A stretch of 64,000 nucleotides of DNA, taken from assembly GCA_965230925.1 (NCBI GenBank), contig OZ246403.1:68360-132359 (forward strand), in the 5' to 3' direction. Source of the stretch: an uncultured Candidatus Saccharibacteria bacterium (GTDB taxonomy: Bacteria; Patescibacteriota; Minisyncoccia; Phycocordibacterales; JACOZG01). How positions within the stretch are numbered: position 1 is the first letter of the stretch; the number at the start of each line of letters is the position of its first letter. The translations under genes were made by a program, and so were the position numbers. The notes below the pieces were generated by a model, which made no database searches, had not been told where the DNA came from, and was given only the letters and a program-made list of their open reading frames with translations. This document shows positions 46,171 to 55,556 of this stretch, one piece after another.

Positions 46171-47199
46171 ATGGCCAAAATGAGCCCAAATTTTAAGCCC
46201 AAGGAGGTGGTCAAAGGCCTCTTAATTAGTCTCCCAGAACGCTCACAAGACGTGATCCGGAAGCGCTATGGTTTGGACGCTGAGGAAGGTATGACGCTCG
46301 AAGCAATCGGGCAGATTTACGGTATTACTCGTGAGCGCGTACGCCAGATTGAGGAAGCCACGCTCAAGATGATCAAGAAGTCTGAGCACTTTGCCCGTCT
46401 TGCGGCTGAACTTGAGGAACTTAAGTCGGCGCTTGAGGATTACGGTGGTATTGCCCATGAAGGTGAATTCCTCCGCCATCTCCACGACCATCCTACGACC
46501 CAAAACCAAGTGAACTTCCTCTTGGTACTTGGTGACGACTTCGTTCGCCTTAAGGAAGACGACGATTTCCATCATCGCTGGACGGTCAATAAAGGATTGG
46601 CCGACCGCGTGCATGTGGCGCTTAATAAACTCGCCAAAGAACTCGGCGAAGACGATTTGCTTTCCGAAAAAGATATTGTTTCTAAGCTCTTGGCCAAACT
46701 TGATGGCGACACCAAGGATGATCTCTTCCGTGAACGTGGTCGCCGCTGGCTCGCTATTTCTAAGAAAATTGGCGCTAACCCTGTAGGTGAATGGGGCCTC
46801 GCTGTTTCCCCTAATGTCCGCCTCCGCGGTATCCGTGATTACGCCTTCCTCGTACTCCGACGCCATGGCTCGCCGCTCCACTTTACCGAAGTGGCCAAGG
46901 CTATTGAATCTTCTTTCAAACACCGCGCCAATGCCGCCACTTGCCACAACGAACTCATTAAAGATGACCGTTTTGTTCTCGTGGGTCGCGGTCTCTACGC
47001 ACTTACTGAGTGGGGTTACACCCGCGGTGTCGTTCGTGACGTTATTCGCGCCCTCATTGAGAAGCATGGCCCAATGACCGAGAAAGAAATTATTGACCGC
47101 GTGATGAAGGAGCGCTATGTGAAGGAAAACACCATTCTCGTTAATCTCCGCAATAGCAAAAACTTTAAGAAAAACAGTTCCGGCAAATACACAGTCTAA
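46171..47199 (+). CDS. Putative DNA-binding protein with an N-terminal sigma70-region-4-like HTH and a C-terminal HARE-HTH-like winged helix
   Basis: Residues about 17-66, LPERSQDVIRKRYGLD...MTLEAIGQIYGITRERVRQIEEATLKMIKK, match the sigma-70 r4 signature. The C-terminus FTEVAKAIE...DDRFVLVGRGLYALTEWGY resembles HARE-HTH. Confidence 0.5.
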   Translation: MAKMSPNFKPKEVVKGLLISLPERSQDVIRKRYGLDAEEGMTLEAIGQIYGITRERVRQIEEATLKMIKKSEHFARLAAELEELKSALEDYGGIAHEGEFLRHLHDHPTTQNQVNFLLVLGDDFVRLKEDDDFHHRWTVNKGLADRVHVALNKLAKELGEDDLLSEKDIVSKLLAKLDGDTKDDLFRERGRRWLAISKKIGANPVGEWGLAVSPNVRLRGIRDYAFLVLRRHGSPLHFTEVAKAIESSFKHRANAATCHNELIKDDRFVLVGRGLYALTEWGYTRGVVRDVIRALIEKHGPMTEKEIIDRVMKERYVKENTILVNLRNSKNFKKNSSGKYTV

Positions 47200-47238
47200 C
47201 TGGTAGCCCCCAAGCACCCCATCCGTTATAATGGAGGG

Positions 47239-48459
47239 GTGTTTTTGGTTCAAGTGTTGCAACTAACTCTCGAAACCCTCGTCAACGGATTTTTCCAGAC
47301 GAGTGTGATCTGGCTTCCGTTTGGTCTTGGCGGTATCACCTGGACTCTCTGGTACCGCTACAAGCAAGCGCAATACATTAATGCCACCGCTTGGGTATTG
47401 TTAGAAATTAAAATTCCGAAAATCATTGATAAATCACCGCAAGCGATGGAGATGGTGATGGGAATTTTTCATCAGACTTGGCAGGGGAATTGGCTGAATC
47501 GCTTCACCCAAGGTATTGTCCGCGGCTGGTTCTCTTTAGAACTGGTGTCGTTTGGTGGTGAACTTCATTTTTATATCCGAGCACCAAAATTCTTCCGTAG
47601 CATTGTGGAAGCGCAAATTTATTCGCAATATCCTGAGGTTGAGATTTACCAAGCAGATGATTACGTAACCAAGGTAGACCTAAACTCGCCAGGAAGCGCT
47701 CTCGATATTTGGGGTGGGGAGTGGCAGTTGAGCAAAGATGATCCTTATCCGATAAAAACCTATCTCGATTACAAGCTCGATGAGAATCCCGATGAGGAAT
47801 TCAAAATTGATCCGATTACGCCTCTGATTGAGTTCTTTGGTTCCATTAAGCCCACCGAGCAACTCTGGATGCAGGTCTTGATCCAAGCTACCAAGGATCG
47901 CTATCCGGATCCAAAAACCTGGTTTGGCAAAAGAGATTGGAAGGCAGAAGGAAAAGACTTGATTGAGAAGCTGATGAAGCGTGATAAGCAACCTAAACCC
48001 GATGAACCGCTGCGCTTAGAAATTCTCTCACCGGGCGAGCGCGAGGCCGTGGCCGCCGTGGAGCGCAGTATCTCCAAGCTCGGCTTCGACTGCGGTATGC
48101 GCACCATTTATCTTGGACCTAAAGACAAATTTGATCCCGTGAAGCCGGTGGGTCTCCGCGGATGTATGCGCCAATTTAGCTCGCAGCACTTAAATGGTTT
48201 CAAGGTGAAAAAAGACACGACCGTGGACTTCCCGTGGCAAGACTTCCGTGGCATCCGGGTAGCGTATAAGAAGAAAAAAATGTTTAAAGCCTATGCCTTG
48301 CGCGGTTGGTTCTACGAGCCCTTCAAGCGCAAACCTTTCGTGCTGAACACTGAGGAGCTTGCTACCATTTACCACTTCCCTGGCGCGGTGGCGCGCACGC
48401 CGACCCTCGAGAAAATCGAGTCGAAGAAGGGCGAGGCGCCAATCAATTTACCTTTATAA
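47239..48459 (+). CDS. Hypothetical membrane-anchored protein of 406 aa (start uncertain)
   Basis: N-terminal hydrophobic segment (VIWLPFGLGGITWTLWY). No recognised domain. Confidence 0.45.
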   Translation: MFLVQVLQLTLETLVNGFFQTSVIWLPFGLGGITWTLWYRYKQAQYINATAWVLLEIKIPKIIDKSPQAMEMVMGIFHQTWQGNWLNRFTQGIVRGWFSLELVSFGGELHFYIRAPKFFRSIVEAQIYSQYPEVEIYQADDYVTKVDLNSPGSALDIWGGEWQLSKDDPYPIKTYLDYKLDENPDEEFKIDPITPLIEFFGSIKPTEQLWMQVLIQATKDRYPDPKTWFGKRDWKAEGKDLIEKLMKRDKQPKPDEPLRLEILSPGEREAVAAVERSISKLGFDCGMRTIYLGPKDKFDPVKPVGLRGCMRQFSSQHLNGFKVKKDTTVDFPWQDFRGIRVAYKKKKMFKAYALRGWFYEPFKRKPFVLNTEELATIYHFPGAVARTPTLEKIESKKGEAPINLPL

Positions 48460-48462
48460 ATC

Positions 48463-49416
48463 ATGAAGAAAAAAAGAAAGATTATTCTTATCTCACTAGC
48501 GATTGTGGTCTTTATTATCGGCTGGACTGCGATTTTACTTGTCTTGCCACCGAGCGACTTCCCACTTGAAAAAACAGTAAAGATTGAAGCTGGTCTTAAC
48601 CTGGATGAGATTGCGACCAAACTTACCAGCGAGCGATTGATAAGGAGCGAACGGGTTTTTAAATTCCTGGTGTATCTTGGCGGTACGGCGCGAGTGATCC
48701 CGGCGGGGGATTATTTCTTCCCCAAAAAGGCCAGTGCTTTCAGCGTAGCTAAGCGCTTCGGCAATGGTATTTTTAATCTCAACCTCGCCAAGATTACAAT
48801 TCCGGAGGGTGCGACGGCTAAAGAAATTGGAGTGTTAATTAAACGCAAAATTAAAGAATTTGATATCGAGAACTTCAATTTACTCGCCACGCCACTTGAG
48901 GGCTACCTTTTCCCCGACACCTACTTCTTCTCACCCAAGATCACTCCCGCCGAAGCCGTGGAATATCTCCACAGTAATTTCAAAAATCAAACCGCGAGCG
49001 CCCTAGAAGCGGTTAAAAAATCAGGGAGAACTCTCGAAGAAATTATTACCATGGCCGCGCTTCTTGAGGAAGAAGCCAAAACCACCGACTCGCGGCGCAT
49101 TATTTCAGGGATTCTCTGGAAGCGGATCGATGATGATATGTTGCTCCAAGTAGACGCTGTTTTCCCTTACATTATTAATAAAAACACTTTTGAGGTCACG
49201 CGGAAAGATCTCCAAACAGACTCGCCGTACAATACGTATAAATATAAAGGCCTTCCGGCTGGGCCAATTACCAACCCTGGTCTCGACGCCATTCTGGCGG
49301 CCGCTGAGCCCCTAGAATCGCCCTATTGGTTCTATCTTTCTGACCATTCTGGTAGGATGCACTACGCTATTGATTACGATCAACACAAAAAAAATAAAGC
49401 CCAATATCTGAACTAG
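48463..49416 (+). CDS. mltG: Endolytic murein transglycosylase MltG/YceG family
   Basis: N-terminal TM segment, YceG-like motifs (YFFSP; GLPAGPITNPGLDAILAA). Confidence 0.75.
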   Translation: MKKKRKIILISLAIVVFIIGWTAILLVLPPSDFPLEKTVKIEAGLNLDEIATKLTSERLIRSERVFKFLVYLGGTARVIPAGDYFFPKKASAFSVAKRFGNGIFNLNLAKITIPEGATAKEIGVLIKRKIKEFDIENFNLLATPLEGYLFPDTYFFSPKITPAEAVEYLHSNFKNQTASALEAVKKSGRTLEEIITMAALLEEEAKTTDSRRIISGILWKRIDDDMLLQVDAVFPYIINKNTFEVTRKDLQTDSPYNTYKYKGLPAGPITNPGLDAILAAAEPLESPYWFYLSDHSGRMHYAIDYDQHKKNKAQYLN

Positions 49417-49971
49417 ATGAAAAAACACGACCTTGCCTTCATCGACCTGGAAACCACCGGGTTCAACCCTGACCAACACGAGATCATTGAGCTCGGCTGT
49501 CTCATTGCGCGACAAGTGCCACAAAACAACGGCCGCGGGCCCAAGGTTGAGCTTGTCGATGAGTTTGAATTCAAAATTAAACCAACACACATTGAGACCG
49601 CTGACCCCGGCGCCTTTGCGAAAAATGGCTACAATGATGCTGATTGGCTCTTCGCCATTGATCTCAAGAGTGCACTCGAACAAGTATCTAAGAAAGCGGA
49701 GGGTGCCTCCATGGTGGGGCATAACGTGACCTTCGACTGGAACTTCCTCAACAAGGCATTTAATACGACTGGCGTGGCAAATAAAATGCATTATCATCGC
49801 ATCGACACCATGTCGATGGCCTTCGCCAAACTTTATCACAATGAACGGGCGCAATACTTCAGTCTCCAGGCGCTCTGCGAACTCTTCGATATCAAAAATG
49901 ATCGCGCCCACACCGCGCTCTCCGATATCCGCGCCACCTTCGAGCTCTACAAAAAGTTGTTAGAGATTTGA
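49417..49971 (+). CDS. DEDDh 3'-5' exonuclease (DnaQ/epsilon-like)
   Basis: Exo I (FIDLETTG), Exo II (VGHNVTFDWNFL) and Exo III (HTALSDIRAT) motifs. Confidence 0.85.
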   Translation: MKKHDLAFIDLETTGFNPDQHEIIELGCLIARQVPQNNGRGPKVELVDEFEFKIKPTHIETADPGAFAKNGYNDADWLFAIDLKSALEQVSKKAEGASMVGHNVTFDWNFLNKAFNTTGVANKMHYHRIDTMSMAFAKLYHNERAQYFSLQALCELFDIKNDRAHTALSDIRATFELYKKLLEI

Positions 49972-50055
49972 CAAAATTATAGATAAAATGTAGTATCTCC
50001 ACTGGATTGTACTCGGAGCGTAAACCGATACACCTTGAAATTAAGGAGATTAGCC

Positions 50056-50286
50056 ATGGCAAACCACAAGGCCTTGAGTTTAGACCTGCAACAAAAGGTC
50101 CAACTACTCCCAAAAGACTGTCTCGAAGCCCTAAGGCTCTTCACTACAATGATTGAGGGTCAGTTGCTACCGGAAGACGGCAAGGTGTTTACTCAACACC
50201 TCGCCCAATGCAAGAGGGGCTGCCACCGAACGTTCAGGATAATCAACGGTCACATCAACCTGGTTATTAAGGGGAATGAATCATGA
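50056..50286 (+). CDS. Hypothetical protein of 76 aa
   Basis: AAGGAG 7 nt upstream of the ATG at 50056. Confidence 0.35.
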   Translation: MANHKALSLDLQQKVQLLPKDCLEALRLFTTMIEGQLLPEDGKVFTQHLAQCKRGCHRTFRIINGHINLVIKGNES

Positions 50287-50690
50287 AAAAGTTGAATCCG
50301 GTCCAACTGTTTGTTTTGATCCTTATCCTTACATTTGATCTAGTCCTGGTCAGTGGCTGCAGTCACAAGAAGTCTCCATGGAAAGAACACGAGTTATTTC
50401 CACCCACCCCGACGGTGATTGAACCGGGATCAGGAAAGTGGCTCGGACCACCGGAAGAAAAATCGTTTCGGTTCTTGAACTACAAGGACTTTGACGGTGT
50501 GATGATGGCTTGCTTTAGCGCGCCGGGCAGTATCACCTTCCACCAAGGGGTTCTAAGTAGCAACTCTTCTCTGGGCGCCCACAATATCTGCCTCAGTCGA
50601 GAAGCTCTTGTAAAACGCTTGAAGGACAGGGACGAAGGAGATCTTCATCGCGGTGAAACCCTACGCGCCCTATGGAGCTGGCCGAAATGA
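50283..50690 (+). CDS. Hypothetical lipoprotein
   Basis: Signal peptide with lipobox LVSGC. Overlaps the upstream stop (ATGA). Confidence 0.5.
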   Translation: MKKLNPVQLFVLILILTFDLVLVSGCSHKKSPWKEHELFPPTPTVIEPGSGKWLGPPEEKSFRFLNYKDFDGVMMACFSAPGSITFHQGVLSSNSSLGAHNICLSREALVKRLKDRDEGDLHRGETLRALWSWPK

Positions 50691-50718
50691 CTTCCGCGCC
50701 GACAAACGCAATATCGAA

Positions 50719-50757
50719 ACGCACGACTTTAACCGGTCGTGCGTCTTCTTTTTTTAT
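50719..50757 (+). terminator. Rho-independent terminator
   Basis: 9-bp stem (acgcacgac / gtcgtgcgt) followed by cttcttttttttatt. Confidence 0.7.
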
Positions 50758-51524
50758 TCTAACCACAAGAGGCCAAACATCAGAAGGATACCGAGAACGA
50801 GAGCGAGAAATTGGGCGAGTGAGCGGCGAGGGTCAGTAGTTTTATGAAGCTCAGGAACAAGATCAGAGCCAGCAATGTAGAGAAAGCCGCCAGCAGTGAA
50901 GGCGAGGAGAACGGGGATTAGACCTTCAATTTTTGAACTTAGGAGCAAGGCAAGAATTGTGCCAATAATGGCAAGAGCGGCCGAGAGTAAGTTAAAAAGC
51001 AAAGCCTTTTTCTTAGTAAATCCAGCGTGCAAGAGAATGCCGAAGTCGCCGATTTCTTGCGGGATCTCATGGAGAATCACGGCAAGAGTGGTGGCAAAAC
51101 CGAGCGCCGGCGAAGCAAGAAAACTAATCCCAATAATCACCCCGTCGATGAAATTATGGAGCCCATCAGAAATTAAATTAAGATGACCCACCGGATGCAC
51201 CTGCGCGTGATGATCACTCTCTTCGACTGAAACATCAATCGCGTGATGATGGTGCCAATGAAGAAATTTCTCGAGAATAAAGAAAACCAAAATCCCAGCG
51301 AGGATAGCAACAGAAAGGGTAGTGGGATTCATTGCCTCTTCGAAGATCTCCGGCAAGAGGTGTAGAGCGACGTCGCCAAAAAGCGCTCCAGCTGCCAGAG
51401 CCACCAAGAGAAAAACTGCCTTTTTCAGCCGTTCGGCATTGATGGCGAGGGTGAAGGCTCCAACGAGCGAAGCGAGGCTAACCGCAACCACGCTCGCAAT
51501 AGCATAGAGATAAATAGTAATCAT
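50754..51524 (-). CDS. ZIP family metal (zinc) transporter
   Basis: HEIPQEIGDFGILLHAG and His-rich loops. 256 aa. Confidence 0.9.
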   Translation of the reverse strand: MITIYLYAIASVVAVSLASLVGAFTLAINAERLKKAVFLLVALAAGALFGDVALHLLPEIFEEAMNPTTLSVAILAGILVFFILEKFLHWHHHHAIDVSVEESDHHAQVHPVGHLNLISDGLHNFIDGVIIGISFLASPALGFATTLAVILHEIPQEIGDFGILLHAGFTKKKALLFNLLSAALAIIGTILALLLSSKIEGLIPVLLAFTAGGFLYIAGSDLVPELHKTTDPRRSLAQFLALVLGILLMFGLLWLE

Positions 51525-51602
51525 AAATTAATTTGTATACCTAAAATGTGGCTCAACCACAACGTTAAAAACTACTTACAGCCTATCACATCCTCATAAC
51601 GC

Positions 51603-51630
51603 TTGACAAGTTTTACACTTCGTGTAGAGT
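51603..51630 (+). promoter_or_regulatory. Sigma70-like promoter (TTGACA, 16-nt spacer, TAGAGT) reading into a GC-rich locus with no ORF
   Basis: ttgaca at 51603-51608 and tagagt at 51625-51630. Confidence 0.45.
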
Positions 51631-51639
51631 ATTGGGCGT

Positions 51640-52180
51640 GGAAGCTGGTTCGTTAGGGATTAGAACAAAGATTCTATTCCCGCCAGCAGGGTCCACTTAG
51701 TACATTTTATTCAGGAGAAACAGTCATGGACAGATCACCCAGCAGGACGCGTGGGCGTCCGGAAACCACCCAATTTTCTCGCTTTAGCAAGAAGAATGTC
51801 CAGATCCGCAGCACGCACAAGTTCTCGCGATTCACTCGCGACTGATCGACGCGCGACGGCGCACACATAGCCGCCCATCTCAATAGGGCATGGAAAACGA
51901 GATCGGCGGCAAAAGCGGCGAAGAGGGAAGAAGCAGGTGCTAGGGGAAAAGAAGCTGAGCGAGATGGCGCAGGCCGTCGCTGTAGCAACTGGTCGCCGCG
52001 ACAGAGACGACGACCAGAACCCAAGAAAGGAGTAATGACTCATGACGAGGTCAGGAAGACCGCCTCCGAAATAAATTCGCTGCTCGAGCCAAAAAAGGTC
52101 CCCTCCTTTTACGCGCAGCGATCGAACCAAGGCCGGTAGAAGTACACGCAAACACGTACTTTCACCGGCCTTTCATTTTA
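51640..52180 (+). ncRNA. Candidate noncoding or small-peptide transcript: GC-rich, bounded by a promoter and a hairpin/T-tract, with no ORF of 60 aa or more on + and only implausible ones on -
   Basis: Only tiny ORFs, for example a 39-aa ORF at 51726-51845 with an AGGAGA RBS. Hairpin ggccggt...accggcc at 52130-52166 followed by tttcattttat. Confidence 0.3.
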
Positions 52181-52207
52181 TCTAAATCTTGTGCTAAGTT
52201 AATTTTA

Positions 52208-53311
52208 ATGATGAAAAACAAAGGCTTGTCTCGCCAAAGTGGAACGAAGGCGGAGCGGGTGGTAGTGGCCATGTCGGGCGGGGTGGATAGCTCGGTGGCG
52301 GCAGTGCTCTTAAAAAAAGAGGGCTATGAGGTCGTGGGTGCGTTTATAAAAGTATGGGAGGCTCCTAAAGAATGGGCTGGAGTTACCGGTGTGTGTAATT
52401 GGCGCGAAGAACGGCGTTGGGCTATGCGCGCGGCAGCCAAACTCGAGATTCCGCTCATCACATTCGATCTGAGTGAAGAATATAAAAAGGGGGTGGTGGA
52501 TTATATGGTAAGCGAATATCGCGCCGGTCGGACGCCGAACCCGGACGTAATGTGTAATAAAGAAATTAAGTTCGGGGCCTTCTGGCGTGCAGCGGAGAAA
52601 AAACTGAAAGCAGATTTTATTGCGACCGGACACTATGCAATTACTAAAGACGGCAAACTCCACAAAGCGAAAGATAAAACTAAAGAGCAGAGTTACTTCT
52701 TGTGGGCAATCGAACCAGAACTGCTCCCGAAAATCATGTTCCCGATTGGTAATTTGAAGAAAACAGAGGTGAGAAAACTCGCGAAGAAATTTGATTTACC
52801 CAATGACGTGAAGCCAGACAGTCAAGGCCTCTGTTTCATTGGTAAAGTTGATTTTAAAGACTTTTTGAAAAATTTTATTACAGAAAAACCAGGAAAAGCG
52901 CTCAATGATAAAGGAGAAACGATTGGCGAGCACCCGGGGGCACTCTTCTTTACCCTCGGCGAGCGCCATGGCTTCACGATCACGAAACAATCGCCGAGTG
53001 AGGCGCGTCACTATGTGATTGCAAAGGATTTGGCAAAAAACACTATTACTGTTTCTAACAAAAAGCAGGCTAAGTCGCATGACTTGAAAACACTTACGCT
53101 TATCCACACCAACTGGCTAATTACTCCAAAACCAAACAAGATTTATAAAGCCCAAATTCGCTATCATGGCACTGAATATCCTTGCCAATTAGAACAAAAT
53201 GGTGATGTCTGGCAAGCAATTTTTACCAAATCGCCGGACTTCGCTACGCCAGGCCAATCGCTTGTTCTCTATGACAAAAAAGTTTGCCTGGGTGGCGGCG
53301 TGATTGCGTAA
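52208..53311 (+). CDS. mnmA: tRNA-specific 2-thiouridylase MnmA
   Basis: PP-loop SGGVDSS and GRTPNPDVMCNKEIKFGAF. Confidence 0.9.
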   Translation: MMKNKGLSRQSGTKAERVVVAMSGGVDSSVAAVLLKKEGYEVVGAFIKVWEAPKEWAGVTGVCNWREERRWAMRAAAKLEIPLITFDLSEEYKKGVVDYMVSEYRAGRTPNPDVMCNKEIKFGAFWRAAEKKLKADFIATGHYAITKDGKLHKAKDKTKEQSYFLWAIEPELLPKIMFPIGNLKKTEVRKLAKKFDLPNDVKPDSQGLCFIGKVDFKDFLKNFITEKPGKALNDKGETIGEHPGALFFTLGERHGFTITKQSPSEARHYVIAKDLAKNTITVSNKKQAKSHDLKTLTLIHTNWLITPKPNKIYKAQIRYHGTEYPCQLEQNGDVWQAIFTKSPDFATPGQSLVLYDKKVCLGGGVIA

Positions 53312-53374
53312 ATCTAAATAAAACACTAAACTAAGCCTCAGCTAGGGGTCTTTCCAGAAAGGAGTGTGGAGGCT

Positions 53375-53791
53375 ATGAGAGCAAAGGGGCGCGTCGTCCT
53401 TTTCGTCCTGGATCAAGAATCTGAAAACAAACTAGTTGTTGAACAAACTCTTCCTAAGATTGAAGCTGACGGCTTCACTTGCCAAATGCACGGGTTTAAT
53501 ACGCTGAGCGCGGTGACTGATCAAGACTTGGCGACACTTGTCGTGGTTCTCTCTAACCCAGAAACCACAATTGGGACAGAATTATCCACCCTCATTACAA
53601 AACAACACGAGTTAGGGGTACCAATTATTTTGTGGAAGCGTCATCCTGGGTGCTTAGATCAACTACCAGCACCAGTAAAACTACTCTTGCGTCCGCAAAA
53701 ACCGGGTGATTCTGGTGGCCCTGGATGTTCTTCTGTTGGTGGAGAAATTCTTGCAATTGCTTACCCAGAGCGGGTTGCGCCAAGAGCATAA
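53375..53791 (+). CDS. Hypothetical protein (start ATG 53375 preferred over 53366)
   Basis: RBS AGGAGTGTGGAGG. 138 aa. Confidence 0.4.
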   Translation: MRAKGRVVLFVLDQESENKLVVEQTLPKIEADGFTCQMHGFNTLSAVTDQDLATLVVVLSNPETTIGTELSTLITKQHELGVPIILWKRHPGCLDQLPAPVKLLLRPQKPGDSGGPGCSSVGGEILAIAYPERVAPRA

Positions 53792-53831
53792 AACATCCGT
53801 CAGTTCCTCACCCCAGGAGAAAGGGGTAAAC

Positions 53832-53869
53832 GCCTCCACGGCTACGGTCGTGGAGGCAACATTTTTTTT
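53832..53869 (+). terminator. Rho-independent terminator
   Basis: gcctccacg / cgtggaggc stem followed by attttttttg. Confidence 0.8.
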
Positions 53870-53880
53870 GGCCTAAAATC

Positions 53881-55548
53881 ATGGTAGAATCGCCAAATAT
53901 GAGTTCGGCCGAGATTCGCGAACAATTTCTTAAATTCTTCGAAGCGCGCGGGCACAAAATTGTTCCCTCGTCTTCCTTAGTGCCCGAGAATGATCCGTCG
54001 GTGCTCCTAACTTCAGCCGGAATGCAACAGTTTAAGCCCTATTTCACCGGCGCGGCTAATGCCGAACAAGATTTCGGTTCCAAAAACACTTGTTCGGTCC
54101 AAAAATGTTTTCGGACTTCAGATATTGAAGAAGTGGGGGATGAGCGTCACTTAACTTTCTTCGAGATGCTCGGGAATTTTTCTTTCGGCGGCTATTTTAA
54201 AGAAGGCGCAATCCAACTCGCGCATGAATTTATTACAAAGGAGCTTAATTTGCCAATTTCTTACGTCACAATTTTTAAAGGGTCGAACGAAGTGCCAAAG
54301 GATGAGGAGTCCCGCGCAATTTGGCAAAAGCTCGGCGTGCAAGATGTCCGCGAAGAAGGAATGGAAGATGTTTTCTGGGGTCCAACGGGAACTGAAGGCC
54401 CCTGTGGACCAACAACGGAAATTTATTGTAAGAACGCGGCTGGGCAAGATATTGAAGTCTGGAATCTAGTTTTTAATCAATTTTATTATCCCGGGACGCG
54501 AGAAGAACTACTGGCTGGTGCGCCGGGTAAAAACTTGCGCCCACTTGAAACCCCCGGTGTAGACACCGGCATGGGACTTGAGCGCTTGGTGATGATTGCC
54601 CAAAAAACACCCACAATCTTTGAAACTGATTTGTTCAAACCATTAATCGAAATTACGGACAAAAACTTATCAGAAACCAAAAAGAGAATACTTGCTGATC
54701 ACGCGCGCGCTATTAGCCACCTCATCACCGATGGAGTGCGCCCAAACAACAAAGGTGCGGGCTATATTTTGCGACGACTAATTCGGCGAATGATTAGTTT
54801 CGGTCAAAGCACTAATTTACAAAACTTACTTGCCCTAGTAACAGAAAACCCGGTGGTAATTGATGAGTTTAATAAAGAGAAAGAAACTTTTACCAAAGCG
54901 ATGGAAAGCGGCAAGCGAGAACTTGAAAAAATAAGTGACCTTGGCGCCGCCCAAGCCTTCCAACTCTACGAAACATACGGCTTACCCTTCGAATTAATTC
55001 AAGAAAAGTCCCCGTCATTGAAAAAAGCTGATTTTGAGGCGGAATTTAAGAAACATCAGGAGGTGTCGCGTGCGGGATTAGAGAAGAAGTTTGCTGGTGG
55101 CTTGGCTGATCATGAACCGGCCACGATTAAACTCCACACTGCGCACCATTTACTCTTAGCCGCACTAAAACAGGTGCTCGGGCCAGAAGTGAAGCAAAAG
55201 GGGAGTAATATTACCCAAGAACGCTTGCGGCTTGATTTCTCTTGGCCAGAAAAGATGACGGATGAACAGAAAAAACAAGTGGAAGAAATCGTGAACGAAA
55301 AAATTAAAGCAGCTTTGCCCGTGGAAAGGCGAGAAATGCCGAAAGTTGAAGCCGAAAAACTAGGCGCCGAGATGGAATTTGGCGCAAAGTATGGCGAAAC
55401 AGTTTCTGTTTATCTAATAGGAGATTTTAGTAAGGAATTCTGCGGCGGGCCTCATGTCTCTAACACTAGCGAACTTGGCACTTTCAAAATTCTGAAAGAA
55501 GAAGCCGTGGCAGCCGGCGTGCGGCGCATAAAAGCAGTTGTGATATAA
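53881..55548 (+). CDS. alaS: Alanyl-tRNA synthetase, short form (catalytic plus editing domains; C-Ala domain absent)
   Basis: N-terminal class II AlaRS motifs and an editing-domain HxxxH (HTAHHLLLAAL). Only 555 aa. Confidence 0.9.
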   Translation: MVESPNMSSAEIREQFLKFFEARGHKIVPSSSLVPENDPSVLLTSAGMQQFKPYFTGAANAEQDFGSKNTCSVQKCFRTSDIEEVGDERHLTFFEMLGNFSFGGYFKEGAIQLAHEFITKELNLPISYVTIFKGSNEVPKDEESRAIWQKLGVQDVREEGMEDVFWGPTGTEGPCGPTTEIYCKNAAGQDIEVWNLVFNQFYYPGTREELLAGAPGKNLRPLETPGVDTGMGLERLVMIAQKTPTIFETDLFKPLIEITDKNLSETKKRILADHARAISHLITDGVRPNNKGAGYILRRLIRRMISFGQSTNLQNLLALVTENPVVIDEFNKEKETFTKAMESGKRELEKISDLGAAQAFQLYETYGLPFELIQEKSPSLKKADFEAEFKKHQEVSRAGLEKKFAGGLADHEPATIKLHTAHHLLLAALKQVLGPEVKQKGSNITQERLRLDFSWPEKMTDEQKKQVEEIVNEKIKAALPVERREMPKVEAEKLGAEMEFGAKYGETVSVYLIGDFSKEFCGGPHVSNTSELGTFKILKEEAVAAGVRRIKAVVI

Positions 55549-55556
55549 TTTCGGGC

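Noticed and set aside
46243-47262. 339-aa minus-strand ORF almost fully antisense to the sigma-r4/HARE-HTH gene.
   Set aside because: The composition is that of an antisense shadow ORF (F/N/V-rich, no motifs). The + strand ORF carries a clear sigma-70 region-4 HTH signature.
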